Below, piece by piece: positions 1 through 12,999 of a stretch of 64,000 bases of DNA (positions within the stretch are counted from its first letter, which is position 1; every line of letters starts with the position of its first letter). Position numbers and translations under genes: made by a program. This stretch comes from Octopus bimaculoides (Eukaryota), in assembly GCF_001194135.2 (NCBI RefSeq), contig NC_068983.1, positions 148,462,982-148,526,981 on the forward strand. Direction: 5' to 3'. The notes below the pieces were generated by a model. The model ran no database searches and was not told the origin of the DNA. It saw nothing but the letters and a program-made list of their open reading frames with translations.

Positions 1-281
1 TCAGTTAGTGGAATAGTTTCATTTTTAAAGTGAAAGTATTTGACATGAGTGTTTTTGTTTCACTTTTGACACGTAATACTTAAATAGTGGAGGAGATATT
101 ATGTTGCCGTGTGCTCGAACTCTGCAAGAAGTTAATAATTTTTTTTGACTAAAACACAACTGGAACCCTAAGTAAGGCATGTGTAAAATTTGAATGAAAT
201 TGGTTGCGTAGTTCGCGAGTTTTAGGGATTCACACAGACAGACAGACAGACACACAGACAGACAGACAGACATACAGACAC

Positions 282-316
<35 letters not shown>

Positions 317-341
317 CATTCTCATTTTTATATATATAGAT
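1..341 (+). mobile_element. 3' part of a non-autonomous Helitron/Helentron (HINE/DINE-like) element with internal (CAGA)n
   Basis: aaatttgaatgaaattggttgcgtagttcgcgag...ttcaca, then (caga)n at 232-316, then cacattctcatttttatatatatagat. A tetranucleotide microsatellite followed by a TTTTATATATATAGAT-type end is the layout of HINE/Lep1-like elements. Recognised by pattern only. Confidence 0.45.
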
Positions 342-554
342 ATATATATATGAGAGAGAGAAAGAAAGATAGTTATCAGGATTATGTTATACCAATAATA
401 TTGTGAAAGTGTAATAATGTAAGAGTGGAGATGGGAGTAGATACATTCTTAAATATGAATGGGAACCATTATTGTAGAGGAGATAAGAAGATCACTTTGC
501 AGTCGAAACCGCTGCACTTATACCCAACATCTTGTTAAAAGTATTTGGTTTTAG

Positions 555-760
555 ACGTGGTTGTTGTTTTACTTAACCCCAGATCAACTTCCAGAAAACT
601 GATCTTTTACGAAAAGCATACCTAGCATGAATATTTCCACTTCAATGAAACTTCAAATTGTCTAGTATGGCCTTCAAAATTTAACATGTTCAGGGTGTAA
701 TTTCAATGAGATTTTACTATTTCTAGCAGCTCAAACAACCATATAGAGATTTTCTCTTGT
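555..760 (+). repeat. Old interspersed repeat family (motif agggtgt..tttgagggagatt..gctgctatttctagca); further decayed copies near 2960-3030, 14870-14930, 26270-26320 and 43830-43900
   Basis: Recurrent degenerate motif: cagggtgtaatttcaatgagattttactatttctagcag; tagggtgtactttggaggtaatttgagttgtatttcta; tagggttgtaatttgagggatatttc; tagggtgtgctttaagggagatatgactgctatt; gagagcaatttggttgctaattctagca. Confidence 0.5.
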
Positions 761-1544
761 TGCACCTACTAACAAAAACGCGGTGATAAATGCTAAATTG
801 AAAAGAAAAGCTTTGGGGAATACAGAAGACAGTGAGATATTTCAGCTCTCCGATGACAAAAACACGGGATTAAGGGCCCGTTTCATGACGTTTATTGTGC
901 AGCTAAAAATCCCTCCTGGATCTCACAAAAAAAATCGCGCACCCTGTTGTGTATAGATAACTGGGTGATGTAGTTTGTAAAAAAATAAAAGGAACCGTTG
1001 GTCACGGATGCAATGCTATTGATTAAACGTCAGTTGAGTCGTAATGAGTTTCAACATCAACGGAACTGATTACCAGGAACGTAGATAGATACTTAACTGA
1101 GAAGGGTGATATAAGATTGTTGCGTATAGATGTACAAACTAGGGCCCCCGAATAACAACTTATATAGACCGCACACTAAATAAATTACACAGTACTTTCA
1201 TCTCAGACAGCAATCCGCTGGAACCCAATTTCTTTCGCTCAGTTTCTCTATAGATATCAGTTCAGAATCGTCAAAGCATAACATTCGTACACTTTCTCCT
1301 CTTCTATATCATTCAACTAAAAGAGAAATAAAAGTAAATAATATATTTATTTATGATAATATTTGTACATGCGTGTAAACACAGCCGATTTTATATATTA
1401 TATACACACACACTCACACACTCACACATTCGACAATGGGCTTCAATCTACATGCACATACGCTTTCTTTGGTAAATAAATGCGCTGTAATCACAATATT
1501 TACGTAACTAACGAGATAATTAATAAACTCCAAGCCGGCTTTAA

Positions 1545-1578
1545 TATGCATACATGCATATATATGTATATACATATG

Positions 1579-1609
<31 letters not shown>

Positions 1610-1618
1610 ATGTATATC

Positions 1619-1656
<38 letters not shown>

Positions 1657-2070
1657 NNNNNNNNNNNNNNNNNNNNNNNNNNNNNNNNNNNNNNNNNNNN
1701 NNNNNNNNNNNNNNNNNNNNNNNNNNNNNNNNNNNNNNNNNNNNNNNNNNNNNNNNNNNNNNNNNNNNNNNNNNNNNNNNNNNNNNNNNNNNNNNNNNNN
1801 NNNNNNNNNNNNNNNNNNNNNNNNNNNNNNNNNNNNNNNNNNNNNNNNNNNNNNNNNNNNNNNNNNNNNNNNNNNNNNNNNNNNNNNNNNNNNNNNNNNN
1901 NNNNNNNNNNNNNNNNNNNNNNNNNNNNNNNNNNNNNNNNNNNNNNNNNNNNNNNNNNNNNNNNNNNNNNNNNNNNNNNNNNNNNNNNNNNNNNNNNNNN
2001 NNNNNNNNNNNNNNNNNNNNNNNNNNNNNNNNNNNNNNNNNNNNNNNNNNNNNNNNNNNNNNNNNNNNNN

Positions 2071-2130
<60 letters not shown>

Positions 2131-2207
2131 GTATATATACATATATATACATATATATATATATATGTATACATATATATACACACACACATACTCATAT
2201 ACATACG

Positions 2208-2249
<42 letters not shown>

Positions 2250-2270
2250 TATGTGTGTGTGCTTGTGTGT
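1545..2270. repeat. (TA)n/(CA)n microsatellite block around an assembly gap; representative of many such blocks in the window
   Basis: Direct dinucleotide runs flank the N-run at 1657-2070. The same pattern occurs at most other N-gaps. Confidence 0.95.
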
Positions 2271-3527
2271 ATGTATATGCTCCTTTAACTAACCCAACAG
2301 CATGCACAGACGACACATGTTGTCCCCTCGTGTATATTACGCCCGTTAATATGTTGATTCATCCCAATTTTCCATATCATGATATTTACCTAGTTTGTCT
2401 ATTTATTTATTTATTTATTCTGCATTAGCAATTCTTTCAATACGTGTATTCTCCGCGGTTATAATAATAAAATAAACATATGGCTTTCCGACCGAGCCTC
2501 ATGACACACCCTTACACATATTTTTTTTTTTTTTTCGTGTTTATTTTTCTTTCTTTGTTTAATCGAACTTCAGAAATTAGTAATATTGTTTTAGCGTCCA
2601 AAATCAATATTATGCATTGGCTCTGATTAATGATAAATCGTGTCCGCAGTGCGTTTCCGATTCTTGCAGTGAAGTTATTAGATTCTACTTCCTTTATCGC
2701 CTTTCTCTGAAATATTGAACCTCTGTGAATTAAGAACATGCATTTATCTTCGACACTTTTTATTGTTTTGTTAATAATACGAGTCAATTTCAAATGTTGG
2801 GTTATTCATACACATCAATATTGATCTTTGTATTATTAATATTGCTAAATCCTGTTGGTACCGATTGAAATCATTAATAATCTTCGTAACAAATGTTGTT
2901 GTTCTGATTGTAACCAGCCCATATTTCTTGCTGCTTTATAGCATTACGTGTCCTTTATTTATTTGTGACGTAGGGTGTACTTTGGAGGTAATTTGAGTTG
3001 TATTTCTAAAAGGTCAAAACCGCGTTGATCGAGTAACATCACGTGCATGATTTAACTGAATTAGCTACGATTCGAATGGAAAACTGAATTATAGAATTCT
3101 CTTTACTAGTGTTTACTTCTTACCAATCCCAATTTTCGTATTGCCTCCATCTGTTACCATGTATCCGTATTCTAAATGGTGACATTTAACCTATGGCTGC
3201 ATACAGCAGATTTCTTTCAGAGCCTTCTAATTTGATCTTCATGGGTGATGTTGCCCATATCAGGAAATATAAATACTGCAGGTCATAAAGTAGCACAAAA
3301 TCCATCGCTACACTACATAAATAAGTCTAAGATTCAACGAATCTTCTTCTACACAGTTACACGATCTGCTAAGAATAGTTAGTACATCTCTCTCTCAAAT
3401 TATTGTCTTAAACGAAGAAAGATGCATTCGATAGTTTAGACGTTTATATATTTTAGATTAAATAAATAAAACAAAAAACAGAATGTTCATAATTGAATCA
3501 TCTTTGATTGTACCTCTGCTTCATCAG

Positions 3528-3554
3528 AATTACTGCTGAAAACAAAAGGACGCA
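3528..3554 (+). CDS. Candidate 27-nt microexon (LLLKTKGR or ITAENKRT frame) of an unidentified gene
   Basis: Acceptor tgtacctctgcttcatcag|, donor |gtaagt, length a multiple of 3. Too short to validate from sequence. Confidence 0.25.
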
Positions 3555-3980
3555 GTAAGTCGTCACTCGTGAGCTACTATGAGTTGGTGATAAGTTCTAA
3601 CCTTTCTATAACTCTTTTAGATTCATATGCGTTAGTGAGTAGACATATACAACAGCATTGACGCCCTTATATTTGACCAATTGGAACATCCAGGAACGTG
3701 GAAGTTGGAGAGTGCGGTTGCACCATCACTCTGCTGGTAACATTACAGGTAAATTGATTGAAGCAACATGATGACAATTTTGCTCGATTAGTGTAGATTA
3801 GTGGAGATTAAACAATAGCAACTTCTTATCCGTTGCTCTATCATCTCTTTCATTTACCCTTGTATTCAAGAAAAAAAAAACATAGGATAAAGAATCGGGT
3901 AATTCATTAGTATCAGCCAGTAGATGACATGTGATACTCATGCTTTACAGCAGGTTTCATTTGAACGCTGGATTTCCAAT

Positions 3981-4067
<87 letters not shown>

Positions 4068-4810
4068 TGTATGTACTTGGTTGCATATTAAGGACTGAAA
4101 AGACTTACATCGTGCTATAACATCATTTCTGAACTACGTACATTATTAGCGAATTGTTTTGTCTGTCATCTCAATATGTTGGAATGACATTTTTGCTCAT
4201 ATCTTGTACGGTTCGATTAATATCTTGAAATGTATGACTCACCTAACATTTCTACTTTTAAGATTAGAAGGTCAATCACTGTAGTCATTACTACTGGAGA
4301 GTAACTGATATTATAAATTAACTTGAAGAGAGATGAGTGAGGATCAAAACTGAATCACAAGCTCCTCTTAGATGGCATTCGGCGCTATCTTCATCTGCAA
4401 TCATTATCCGTATACTACATCTTTCAAAGTGTTGCTACCCATCCATTCTCTCTTTAAAACTATTGTTCCTCTCAGTAAATATCCACTTTACATCCATGCA
4501 TTCCTTCATTATGTACAGAGTATTATCCATAGAAAATATGCATTGGCATGCATGTAAGGTTTTAATTTCGCTTGTATGTTTTCTTACTTTATTCTTTTAA
4601 ATGATATTGTCATAAATAAAAATGTTTCCAGTATTAGTTTATTTGATATGGAAATGAGTTACCATAATCTATGGGGTCTTCAATTATGCAAATAATCTTT
4701 ACGCTGAAGAGAAGCTTGTGGCATTCTTTATTTTTGAAACTCAATATATGTTGATTTTGTGAAAACAAACCTTATAAATTATTTATACATACATACATAC
4801 ATGTATGTGT

Positions 4811-4894
<84 letters not shown>

Positions 4895-4904
4895 NNNNNN
4901 NNNN

Positions 4905-4999
<95 letters not shown>

Positions 5000-5246
5000 T
5001 TCATAACATTCCTATCATTTAGGGAAATAATTTTCTTCTGTATTTCTACATTTTCCTTTGTTTTATTAACTTTTACCAAAATCTTGAATTCATTTTATTG
5101 GAGAAAAAAAACGCATTGATACGTAAAATGATATGGAATAGATCAGCAATAATATGTCCGCTATTTTCGACCGAGCATTACAACTTAAGCTCCTCATCCA
5201 TCAGTGCAATGACCGCAAACATTCTGACAAAGTCAGCGTAGATTAT

Positions 5247-5254
5247 TGGCATTC

Positions 5255-5320
<66 letters not shown>

Positions 5321-5472
5321 CATCACAACAACAACAGCATCTCAAAGCTGTAATAATAATGATTCCTTTCTTTGCCATAAGGCTGAACATCATAAGGAAA
5401 CAATATTAATATAAATAATTTGTGATCTTTTACATAACATAATAGCAAATGATTATGATGATGATGATGATG

Positions 5473-5542
<70 letters not shown>

Positions 5543-5557
5543 TAACAATAATAACAA

Positions 5558-5588
<31 letters not shown>

Positions 5589-5644
5589 NNNNNNNNNNAG
5601 AAGAAGAAGAACAACAACAACAACAACAACAACAACAGCAGCAG

Positions 5645-5676
<32 letters not shown>

Positions 5677-5687
5677 ATAATAATAAT
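5247..5687. repeat. Compound trinucleotide microsatellites (AAT)n, (GAT)n, (AAG)n, (AAC)n, (CAG)n
   Basis: Directly visible. These runs explain the poly-I/L/Y/R/T ORFs. Confidence 0.95.
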
Positions 5688-6143
5688 GGTATAAAAGATG
5701 GGCTACAGCAAATATTCTGCTCAATACCAGATTTGCTTCTTAGTTGTTTGACCTTAACCAGCTGAGCATGTCCCTTAGTGACTAACGGTATGGGCATCTC
5801 TGATCAGATGCAGAAGTGGTGGGGAGCATCATAGCCATGTGTTGAGAGGAATTCTTTTGGATTTGGATAATTCACCTCCGAAAACAGAGATGTTTCGTTC
5901 AACATCCATAAACAACCCTTATTCAGGAACCTTTTGAGCAGGACGGGCTACTCGACCTAAAGCAAATTCTTACTGGGCCCAACCTACGTTGTTTATCTTG
6001 ATATGAGATCATACGTCGCGCATATATGGTTTTGGTGCATATGTCTGGTGTACCCTTATCAGACGGGTAGTCACGATGGGTACACTGGGCTTCATATATT
6101 TTACCCCAGTATCACTTTGATGGCATGCGCTGCTCTCTCACTC
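5688..6143 (+). mobile_element. Non-coding retroposon 3' fragment with (AAT)n tail; putative non-autonomous element
   Basis: About 455 bp of complex, non-coding sequence starts abruptly after (aat)n and ends ...ggcatgcgctgctctctcactc, followed by (AAT)19. It resembles a repeat I recognise from octopus DNA (memory, not a search). Confidence 0.55.
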
Positions 6144-6200
<57 letters not shown>

Positions 6201-6201
<1 letters not shown>

Positions 6202-7730
6202 TGGTGGATGGAGAACTGAACTGCCGGGCATCAGAAGAGGGATTATCCAGGGTAACAGCCTGCCTCCGTTGCTTTTCGTTCTCTGCAGGATACCCCTGAC
6301 CGTAGTACTCATGAAAATGAACCTGGGGTACCAACTAAAGGGAAAATCCCAAACAATCAAGCACTTCCTCTTCTTCATGGATGATTTGAAACTATATGGT
6401 AAAGATGAGACACAAGTGAGTTCCTTGCTGAACATAGTGCACTGTTTTAGTACTGATATTAGAATGGAATTTAGACTCAAGATGTGCGGAATAATCTACC
6501 TAAAAAAGGACAAGATACAGTCCCTAGCAGGGATAGAATTACCAAATAGAGACTTGATTAAGCAAATTGAAACGGGAGGATACAAATGTCATGGTGTACA
6601 AGTGTTCAACGAGATAATGGAAAAGGAAATGAAAGAGCAACTGAGGATGGAGAATTTCCCAAAACTGAGGTTGGTGTTGAGCTCAAAATTGACCAGATGG
6701 AATAAAACCCAAGCAGTTAATAAGTGGGCGATAGCATCACTTCGGTATAAAATGGCCAAAGAGAGAAATGAAGAAAATGGATACCAAGACCAGAAAAATG
6801 TTGACAGTACACGGAGCCTTCCACCCTAAGAGTGACACGGAAAATTGTGTAACTAAAGAAAAATTTAAACAAGAAATGAACAAAAGAAAAGAAAAAGCAT
6901 GGAAGGAAAAGAAAATGTACGGTCAGTTTGCAATAGATGTGAAAGCCAAGACAGATGCAGAGGACCGGTGGCTATAGATAAGGTGAGTGACCTGAAGATA
7001 GGGACAGAAGTTCTCATATGCGCAGCTCAAGAACAAGAGTTAAGAACCAATTATATGAAATGAAGAATAGGCAACACTACCGATAGCGACAAATGCAGAA
7101 TATGTGGTGAGAGGTTAAACAGTATGGCAGATCGTTAGCGAATGGCCGAAATTGGCACAACGCGAACACAAAAGACGCCATGACAATGTGGCAAGAATTA
7201 TCCATCGGGAACTCTATGGAAATCACAGCCTACAAAGAGAAAAGACGTGGTATCCCCAGGAGTCACTGGAAATGAGAATCGCAAAATCCTGTGGGATGCA
7301 ATGATCCAGTGCGATCACCTGATCAGACATCGGAAACCGGACATTAGAGTGGTGAATAAAATAGAAAGAACATGTATGATCATCGACATAGTATGCCCTG
7401 GTGACAACAAGATAAATGTGAAAGAAGAAAAATTAACAACTATGACAATTTCAAGTGGGAAATACGAAAGTTGTGATCAATGAAGAGAGATGTGATACCA
7501 ATAGTAATTGGTGTACTTGGAAGTATCAGCACTCAACTACCAGCATGGCTGAAAAATATCGGTGCAAGTGTGAGGGTAGAAGACCTACAAAAATCAGCAT
7601 TGTTTGGAAGTGCAAGAAAATCTTCGCAGGGTTTTTGAAGCATGACCAGTAAACAAATATCACCTTAGTCTGCTAGCTGTGGGCGGCTGACATTTTCCAT
7701 CATACCCAGCAAAATAAGCTTTGAGTTTTA
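6201..7730 (+). mobile_element. 5'-truncated, frameshifted R4/Dong-clade (RLE) non-LTR retrotransposon
   Basis: RT motifs GIIQGNSLPPLLFVL and FFMDDLKLYGK. Downstream: AAQEQELRTNY, a zinc-knuckle region (KCRICG...KRRHDNVARIIH), and a restriction-like endonuclease motif ILWDAMIQCDHLIRHRKPDIRVVNK...IIDIVCPGD. Flanked 5' by (AAT)19 and 3' by ataataataacaac. Confidence 0.9.
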
Positions 7731-7801
7731 ATATAATAATAACAACAACAACAATATTAATAATAGTAATGTTATTGTTGTTGCTGTTGTTGTTGTTGTT
7801 G

Positions 7802-7879
<78 letters not shown>
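7731..7879. repeat. Inverted compound microsatellite: (AAT)/(AAC) then (GTT)/(ATT)
   Basis: The left part ataataataacaacaacaacaata is complementary to the right part tattgttgttg...ttattattat. Confidence 0.85.
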
Positions 7880-7880
<1 letters not shown>

Positions 7881-7915
7881 ACATAGGCAACCTTTATCCC
7901 AACTGATAGTTTCAG

Positions 7916-8013
7916 AATATGTCAGTGAAGAAACGAATGAAACGGCGTTTGAAGCGGTACTTAAAAGTTTTAACATGGATCTAAACCCACTTAAAAAGAT
8001 TCAACTGACGAAA
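7916..8013 (+). CDS. Candidate internal exon, xYVSEETNETAFEAVLKSFNMDLNPLKKIQLTK (phase 1 to 0)
   Basis: Acceptor ...gatagtttcag|, donor AAA|gtaagt. Only one frame is open and the peptide has non-repetitive, protein-like composition. Product not recognised. Confidence 0.55.
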
Positions 8014-8423
8014 GTAAGTTATGACCTTTCAAAAGAGTCCTACATGTTACCTTTTCATTGAAAGTGCTTGGATGGAAACTAATTAAAACGTAGAAAGATC
8101 AAAACACAGGTTAGAGGGAACAGCTTATTATGCCATCACTAATTTATTTGCTGAAGTAATAACAACACAAGTGGTAAGTCACTTGAAAGTAGGCTGTAAC
8201 TTAGTAAAAGTTTAATAGATTTCTATTGACACAACAGACATAGCAGTGTGAAAAGCATTTGCAGCTACAGAAAGCAGCAGCTGCGTAATCTTGTAGAGAT
8301 TCAATCATTTCCATTGTTTTTTATAACTGAAAATTATTCCATTTTCTCCTGTTACCAAGTAAACAGAATTCACAGACCTACAATGTTAATAGAATAATAT
8401 TAATCGGCAAGTATACAGACATG

Positions 8424-8494
<71 letters not shown>

Positions 8495-8499
8495 CTTTT

Positions 8500-9052
8500 A
8501 AATTTATTTCTATCGAGTTTCTATAGAATTCGGACTCAGCACTGCAAATTACGAAGCTTAGTATACGAAATACGTCTATATAGACAATGCGATCGAAAAT
8601 AGAAAACATAGGTAACGGGTGTATAGGCATGTTTTCAGAATTATTGCTCTTTCATCAACACTACCTCCAACCCATCGACACCCCACGAGCGTCTCTTCTT
8701 CTTCCCTTGAAATTGACTAACACAATATTGAGTCGTAAACTTTTAATATACTTGACGGCATATACTGATTGGAAAACGAAATAGTGTGTGCTTCCTAGCA
8801 ATTAATATGCAAGTACCAGTTGCCAAGAATTTGTTTAATATGCAAATTGATATATTCCATTGTATTACACTACTAAATTTAGTGGGTGTTTATGCAGTGC
8901 GTTCGTGGAAGTTGATGGGTTAGATGAAGTGCTGATGAAAGAACAATAACTCTTGAAATATACATATACACTGACTACGTAGCTTTTCTATCGTCGATTG
9001 CATTGTTTATATGGGTGTATTCGTATACGAAAAGTTATAACTTGCAGTGCTG
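8500..9052. mobile_element. Inverted-repeat element with two outward-facing HHR motifs (PLE pLTR-like); homologous to 23405-23695
   Basis: Left arm 8530-8691 is the imperfect reverse complement of right arm 8900-9052, e.g. ttattgctctttcatcaacac vs gtgctgatgaaagaacaataa, and cagcactgcaa vs ttgcagtgctg. Confidence 0.75.
8928..8972 (+). ncRNA. Type I hammerhead ribozyme with intact core
   Basis: Stem I AGUG/CACU; core CUGAUGA (8932-38); stem II AAGA/UCUU; GAAA (8955-58); near-palindromic stem III AUAU-AC-AUAU; predicted cleavage after AUA at 8968. The stem II closing pair is A-U rather than the usual G-C. Confidence 0.65.
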
Positions 9053-9234
9053 CCTCTTTTATAATAAATATATAGCGATAAACTCAAAAGTGAGATTATC
9101 GCGTTGCTAGCACAAAAGTAAGACACAATAATGATTTGTAAACCTTTAATGTACCTGGTAGCATATTATGGTTGCAAAACGTAATACTGTTTCTTCTTGC
9201 AATTCACGCACGCACACACATACACGCACATATA

Positions 9235-9469
9235 TATAGGTGAAGGTGTAGCGGTGTGGACAGATGTATCAGACGAAACCTGAAGGAAGCCCCTCGTATG
9301 CGTATGTGTGTGTATGAGCGTGTTGTGTTGTGGGATGTCTTTGTGTATATGTCCCCGTAACTTAGCGGTTCAGCAAAGAACCCGATAGGTTATTACTGAG
9401 GACAATTCGTTGGACGAAATTACTTCAAGACTGTGCCCTGGCATGGCCGAGTCTAATGACTGAAACAAA

Positions 9470-9470
<1 letters not shown>
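9235..9470 (+). mobile_element. Decayed tRNA-derived SINE (same family as 60762-61503 in its 5' half)
   Basis: gacgaaacctgaaggaagcccctcgtat matches gacggaaactgaaagaagctcgtcgtat at 60899. The 3' part reads gtccccgtaacttagcggttc...gcatggccgagtctaatgactgaaac. Confidence 0.6.
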
Positions 9471-9504
<34 letters not shown>

Positions 9505-10163
9505 NNNNNNNNNNNNNNNNNNNNNNNNNNNNNNNNNNNNNNNNNNNNNNNNNNNNNNNNNNNNNNNNNNNNNNNNNNNNNNNNNNNNNNNNNNNNNNNN
9601 NNNNNNNNNNNNNNNNNNNNNNNNNNNNNNNNNNNNNNNNNNNNNNNNNNNNNNNNNNNNNNNNNNNNNNNNNNNNNNNNNNNNNNNNNNNNNNNNNNNN
9701 NNNNNNNNNNNNNNNNNNNNNNNNNNNNNNNNNNNNNNNNNNNNNNNNNNNNNNNNNNNNNNNNNNNNNNNNNNNNNNNNNNNNNNNNNNNNNNNNNNNN
9801 NNNNNNNNNNNNNNNNNNNNNNNNNNNNNNNNNNNNNNNNNNNNNNNNNNNNNNNNNNNNNNNNNNNNNNNNNNNNNNNNNNNNNNNNNNNNNNNNNNNN
9901 NNNNNNNNNNNNNNNNNNNNNNNNNNNNNNNNNNNNNNNNNNNNNNNNNNNNNNNNNNNNNNNNNNNNNNNNNNNNNNNNNNNNNNNNNNNNNNNNNNNN
10001 NNNNNNNNNNNNNNNNNNNNNNNNNNNNNNNNNNNNNNNNNNNNNNNNNNNNNNNNNNNNNNNNNNNNNNNNNNNNNNNNNNNNNNNNNNNNNNNNNAAT
10101 ATTCAAACACTGAGATTTGAAGTTAGATGTCACTACTGTTCATATCATCTGTGGATAAATTCA

Positions 10164-10200
<37 letters not shown>

Positions 10201-10558
10201 GACAGATGGACAGATAGATATAAACAGTATGAATGGCTACTCAAATGCTTCCAGCGTAACCCCATCGTCCAGCTGTTTTTTTTTATCGCAAATGGTACTT
10301 AGAAGGCTCATTCTGGATAATCTCCTAAGGAGGTTTAGTTACTAATTGCTTCGGTTCATTCTTTGACAGTGGAAAATCAAGAATTCTAAGGATTTAATTT
10401 CAATAGTTTAATTTGTTTAAATGTACATTATTATTAAGTATGTTTTTAACAGAATGTTCTGGGTGAGGTAAAGCCAGGCCGATAAGCTCATTCATGTAGC
10501 CATATTTCAAGGAAAGGTGAAGATACATTCATGAAGTTTTGAGTTTGTGAATATTAAG

Positions 10559-10730
10559 AAGTGATTAATGGTAGATCGCTAGATTGCAATGTTACGGTAG
10601 GTACCTGTATATCCTCTACTTCAGATAGGGCCGGCCGAGGTCGAATGTTAGTTGGAACACATCTATCGAACAAGAAAGATTTCACTTCAGAACCTGGGTT
10701 TAGGTCCTCAATTCCAGAAGATATACTTCG
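10559..10730 (+). CDS. Candidate exon xVINGRSLDCNVTVGTCISSTSDRAGRGRMLVGTHLSNKKDFTSEPGFRSSIPEDILR; alternative acceptor at 10625
   Basis: One frame is open exactly between a TAA at 10555-57 and a TAA just after the donor CG|gtaaac. There is a strong internal acceptor cctctacttcag| at 10624. Locally GC-richer than the flanks. Confidence 0.45.
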
Positions 10731-12244
10731 GTAAACCAAAGACAGAAAATAACGAAGTGAAGCAAGATACGAGAGTTGATGAAGAAATACCACGACAATA
10801 GAAAGTAAATAGACTACGAAAATATTCATTGACAATAATCAACATGTATTGTTTGAGGACGAACGTAATGGAACATAAGACTTAATGCTTATGCATTAAA
10901 TGTCTTAAGACGTCTAGTAAGCTGATGTGCTTCTGAATGGGAATATAGTGGCTTAATTTGCAATAAATGTGGCATCCAGAAAAAAGAAACATATATTTAA
11001 AGTCCTCCACCAAATAATGGAGATATTGGATCCAAATAAATAGGCCAAATTCATAATTCCTGATGATACAGAAATTTGTGAAATTCTAATTCGGTCTTTA
11101 TAACTGCACCACAAAAGACACGCTATAAACATTTTATGTCAGTATTAAGACATCCACTATGAGTTCTGATCACTGGTGTGATACTTTCTTAATTTTACTC
11201 TTAATTTTATGTTTTATATCAAACATATAAGCAACAGATTTCTGATTTACTAGAGTAAATCTTTGACCTAAGAAAGGAAATGGCGCTCCAATTTGACAGG
11301 CGCAAATATACGTCTCTGTTTTTTCACTCGGCAGAATTTAGCAACCGACCAAGGCTGCTACAGGCCTGACATTTTGATTATGCATATTCCTCCGTGGCAG
11401 CCTCAGAGATATGCGATGTGACGGTAAACGGCATACGCTCATCCACTTTAATCTCAACAGAATCTGTAATAGTTGCTTTAAAGTCATTGATCGACGTTGC
11501 AGCTTCCTCTGAGAGCGGAAACTAAGCATTGAATTGCGACCTTATTCTACGAAGCCACTGGGAATGATAACCGAACGTAATACGAAATAAAGATTCTTTA
11601 TTAAGTGGCGTTAAGCGTGAATGGTCAAGTAATTCATTATGGCTAAGTTCGATGCGCCAGAATAGAAATTGACTCAGTTGAAAGTGATATTAGATGTATG
11701 AGCAAATTTAAAAAATTCAGATACTGATGACATGTACGTTAGGGTGAGTATATTATTGTCAATGATTTCTTAGAGCATCCTGTTCACTTCTGATTGAATG
11801 AATTCGACATCAGAACTTACGGAATTTCGTTGTTATATGTTTATAATCTGGCGATAGCTTAGAGAAAATTCTAGGTGGATCGATGTTTGACGAGGTTAGT
11901 GAGCAAAATTCTAAGCCTGATAAGGCAGAGCGTTACTCAGTTTATCTTTAACAAACAAGTATGAACATATTTGCTATTTGATTCTAATATTTAAACTTGT
12001 TTGCACATTGTAAATTGGTTTACAGGGTCTTGATTATTGCGGATGTAATTCCTCAAAAAAAAAACAACTGTAAACTAATTGAAGAATAAGTAGGGGTATT
12101 TCAGATTCAAGCCAACTTTAAATCAATTGACAGCGCCAGCAGTTTATAAAGTATTTATAGCGGCAGAGCTGCAGAATCTTGTGACGATTTAACTATTCCT
12201 GATGTTATCATAATAGCGTGAAATTATCACATTTATCTACATAG

Positions 12245-12324
12245 ACAACGTCTCAGACTTGCTAAAGGATGCGGCGGATATGACACTGTATGACGTCCAT
12301 GCATTTCTGGAGGTTATCAACTGC
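12245..12324 (+). CDS. Candidate exon xNVSDLLKDAADMTLYDVHAFLEVINC
   Basis: Acceptor atttatctacatag|; donor C|gtaatt (or GAG|gttatc at 12313). Protein-like open frame. Not recognised. Confidence 0.4.
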
Positions 12325-12999
12325 GTAATTGAAATTAAATTGGTACACCAATCGACACCAGGCAGCGAACAATCTTTGCTTGGAGGCTACATTTAAAACT
12401 TATGCAGCTAGCATCAACTATAAAAAATATTGAATATCGGTTTTTTTACTTCTCGTTATCAGTCAGTAAAGTATTAGTAAGAATGTCAGACATGTATAGA
12501 GAAAGACATATATGTTAACTATAAAAATAAAAATCGGTTGAGTAAATGAATAATAGTGATCAGTGTGTTTAATAAATAGAACATACGTCCTTATCAAACA
12601 GCAAAACTGCGTTTCTTTATGTATTTATTTAATTATATTACTGACAGTCATTTTTTAATTTCATTTTCTGTTCCATTTCGGTATGACTTTTTTGTTTTGT
12701 TATTTGAATATTTTATTAATCACATAGACAGTCAAATATCTTAGAACATGTGTCAGAAACCAAGTACACAGTATCAATATTCTTATCTCTTGTCATTCTA
12801 ATATGGTAGCGATGAATCTCATAATCTATTGGATTGTCGTGGCGCCAATAAATGTATTTTTATTATTGTATTGTATAGAGGTCGATTGGGCAGGACGGAT
12901 CCCATCTCTCTCCAAGTTATGCATATATTGGTGGACTGATTTCTTAATCATCTCACGTACTAACAAAACACCCATCAATATTACTGCACTTTTTAAATC

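Noticed and set aside
1480-2428. Long ORFs of 200-320 aa in the track (also 9370-10217, 39984-40750, 51371-52390 and others)
   Set aside because: They consist of N-gaps and (TA)/(CA) repeats, giving YI/HT/CV runs. Not coding.
11048-11095. ctgatga-tacagaaatttgt-gaaa HHR-like string
   Set aside because: Stem II is weak, and stems I and III cannot be formed.
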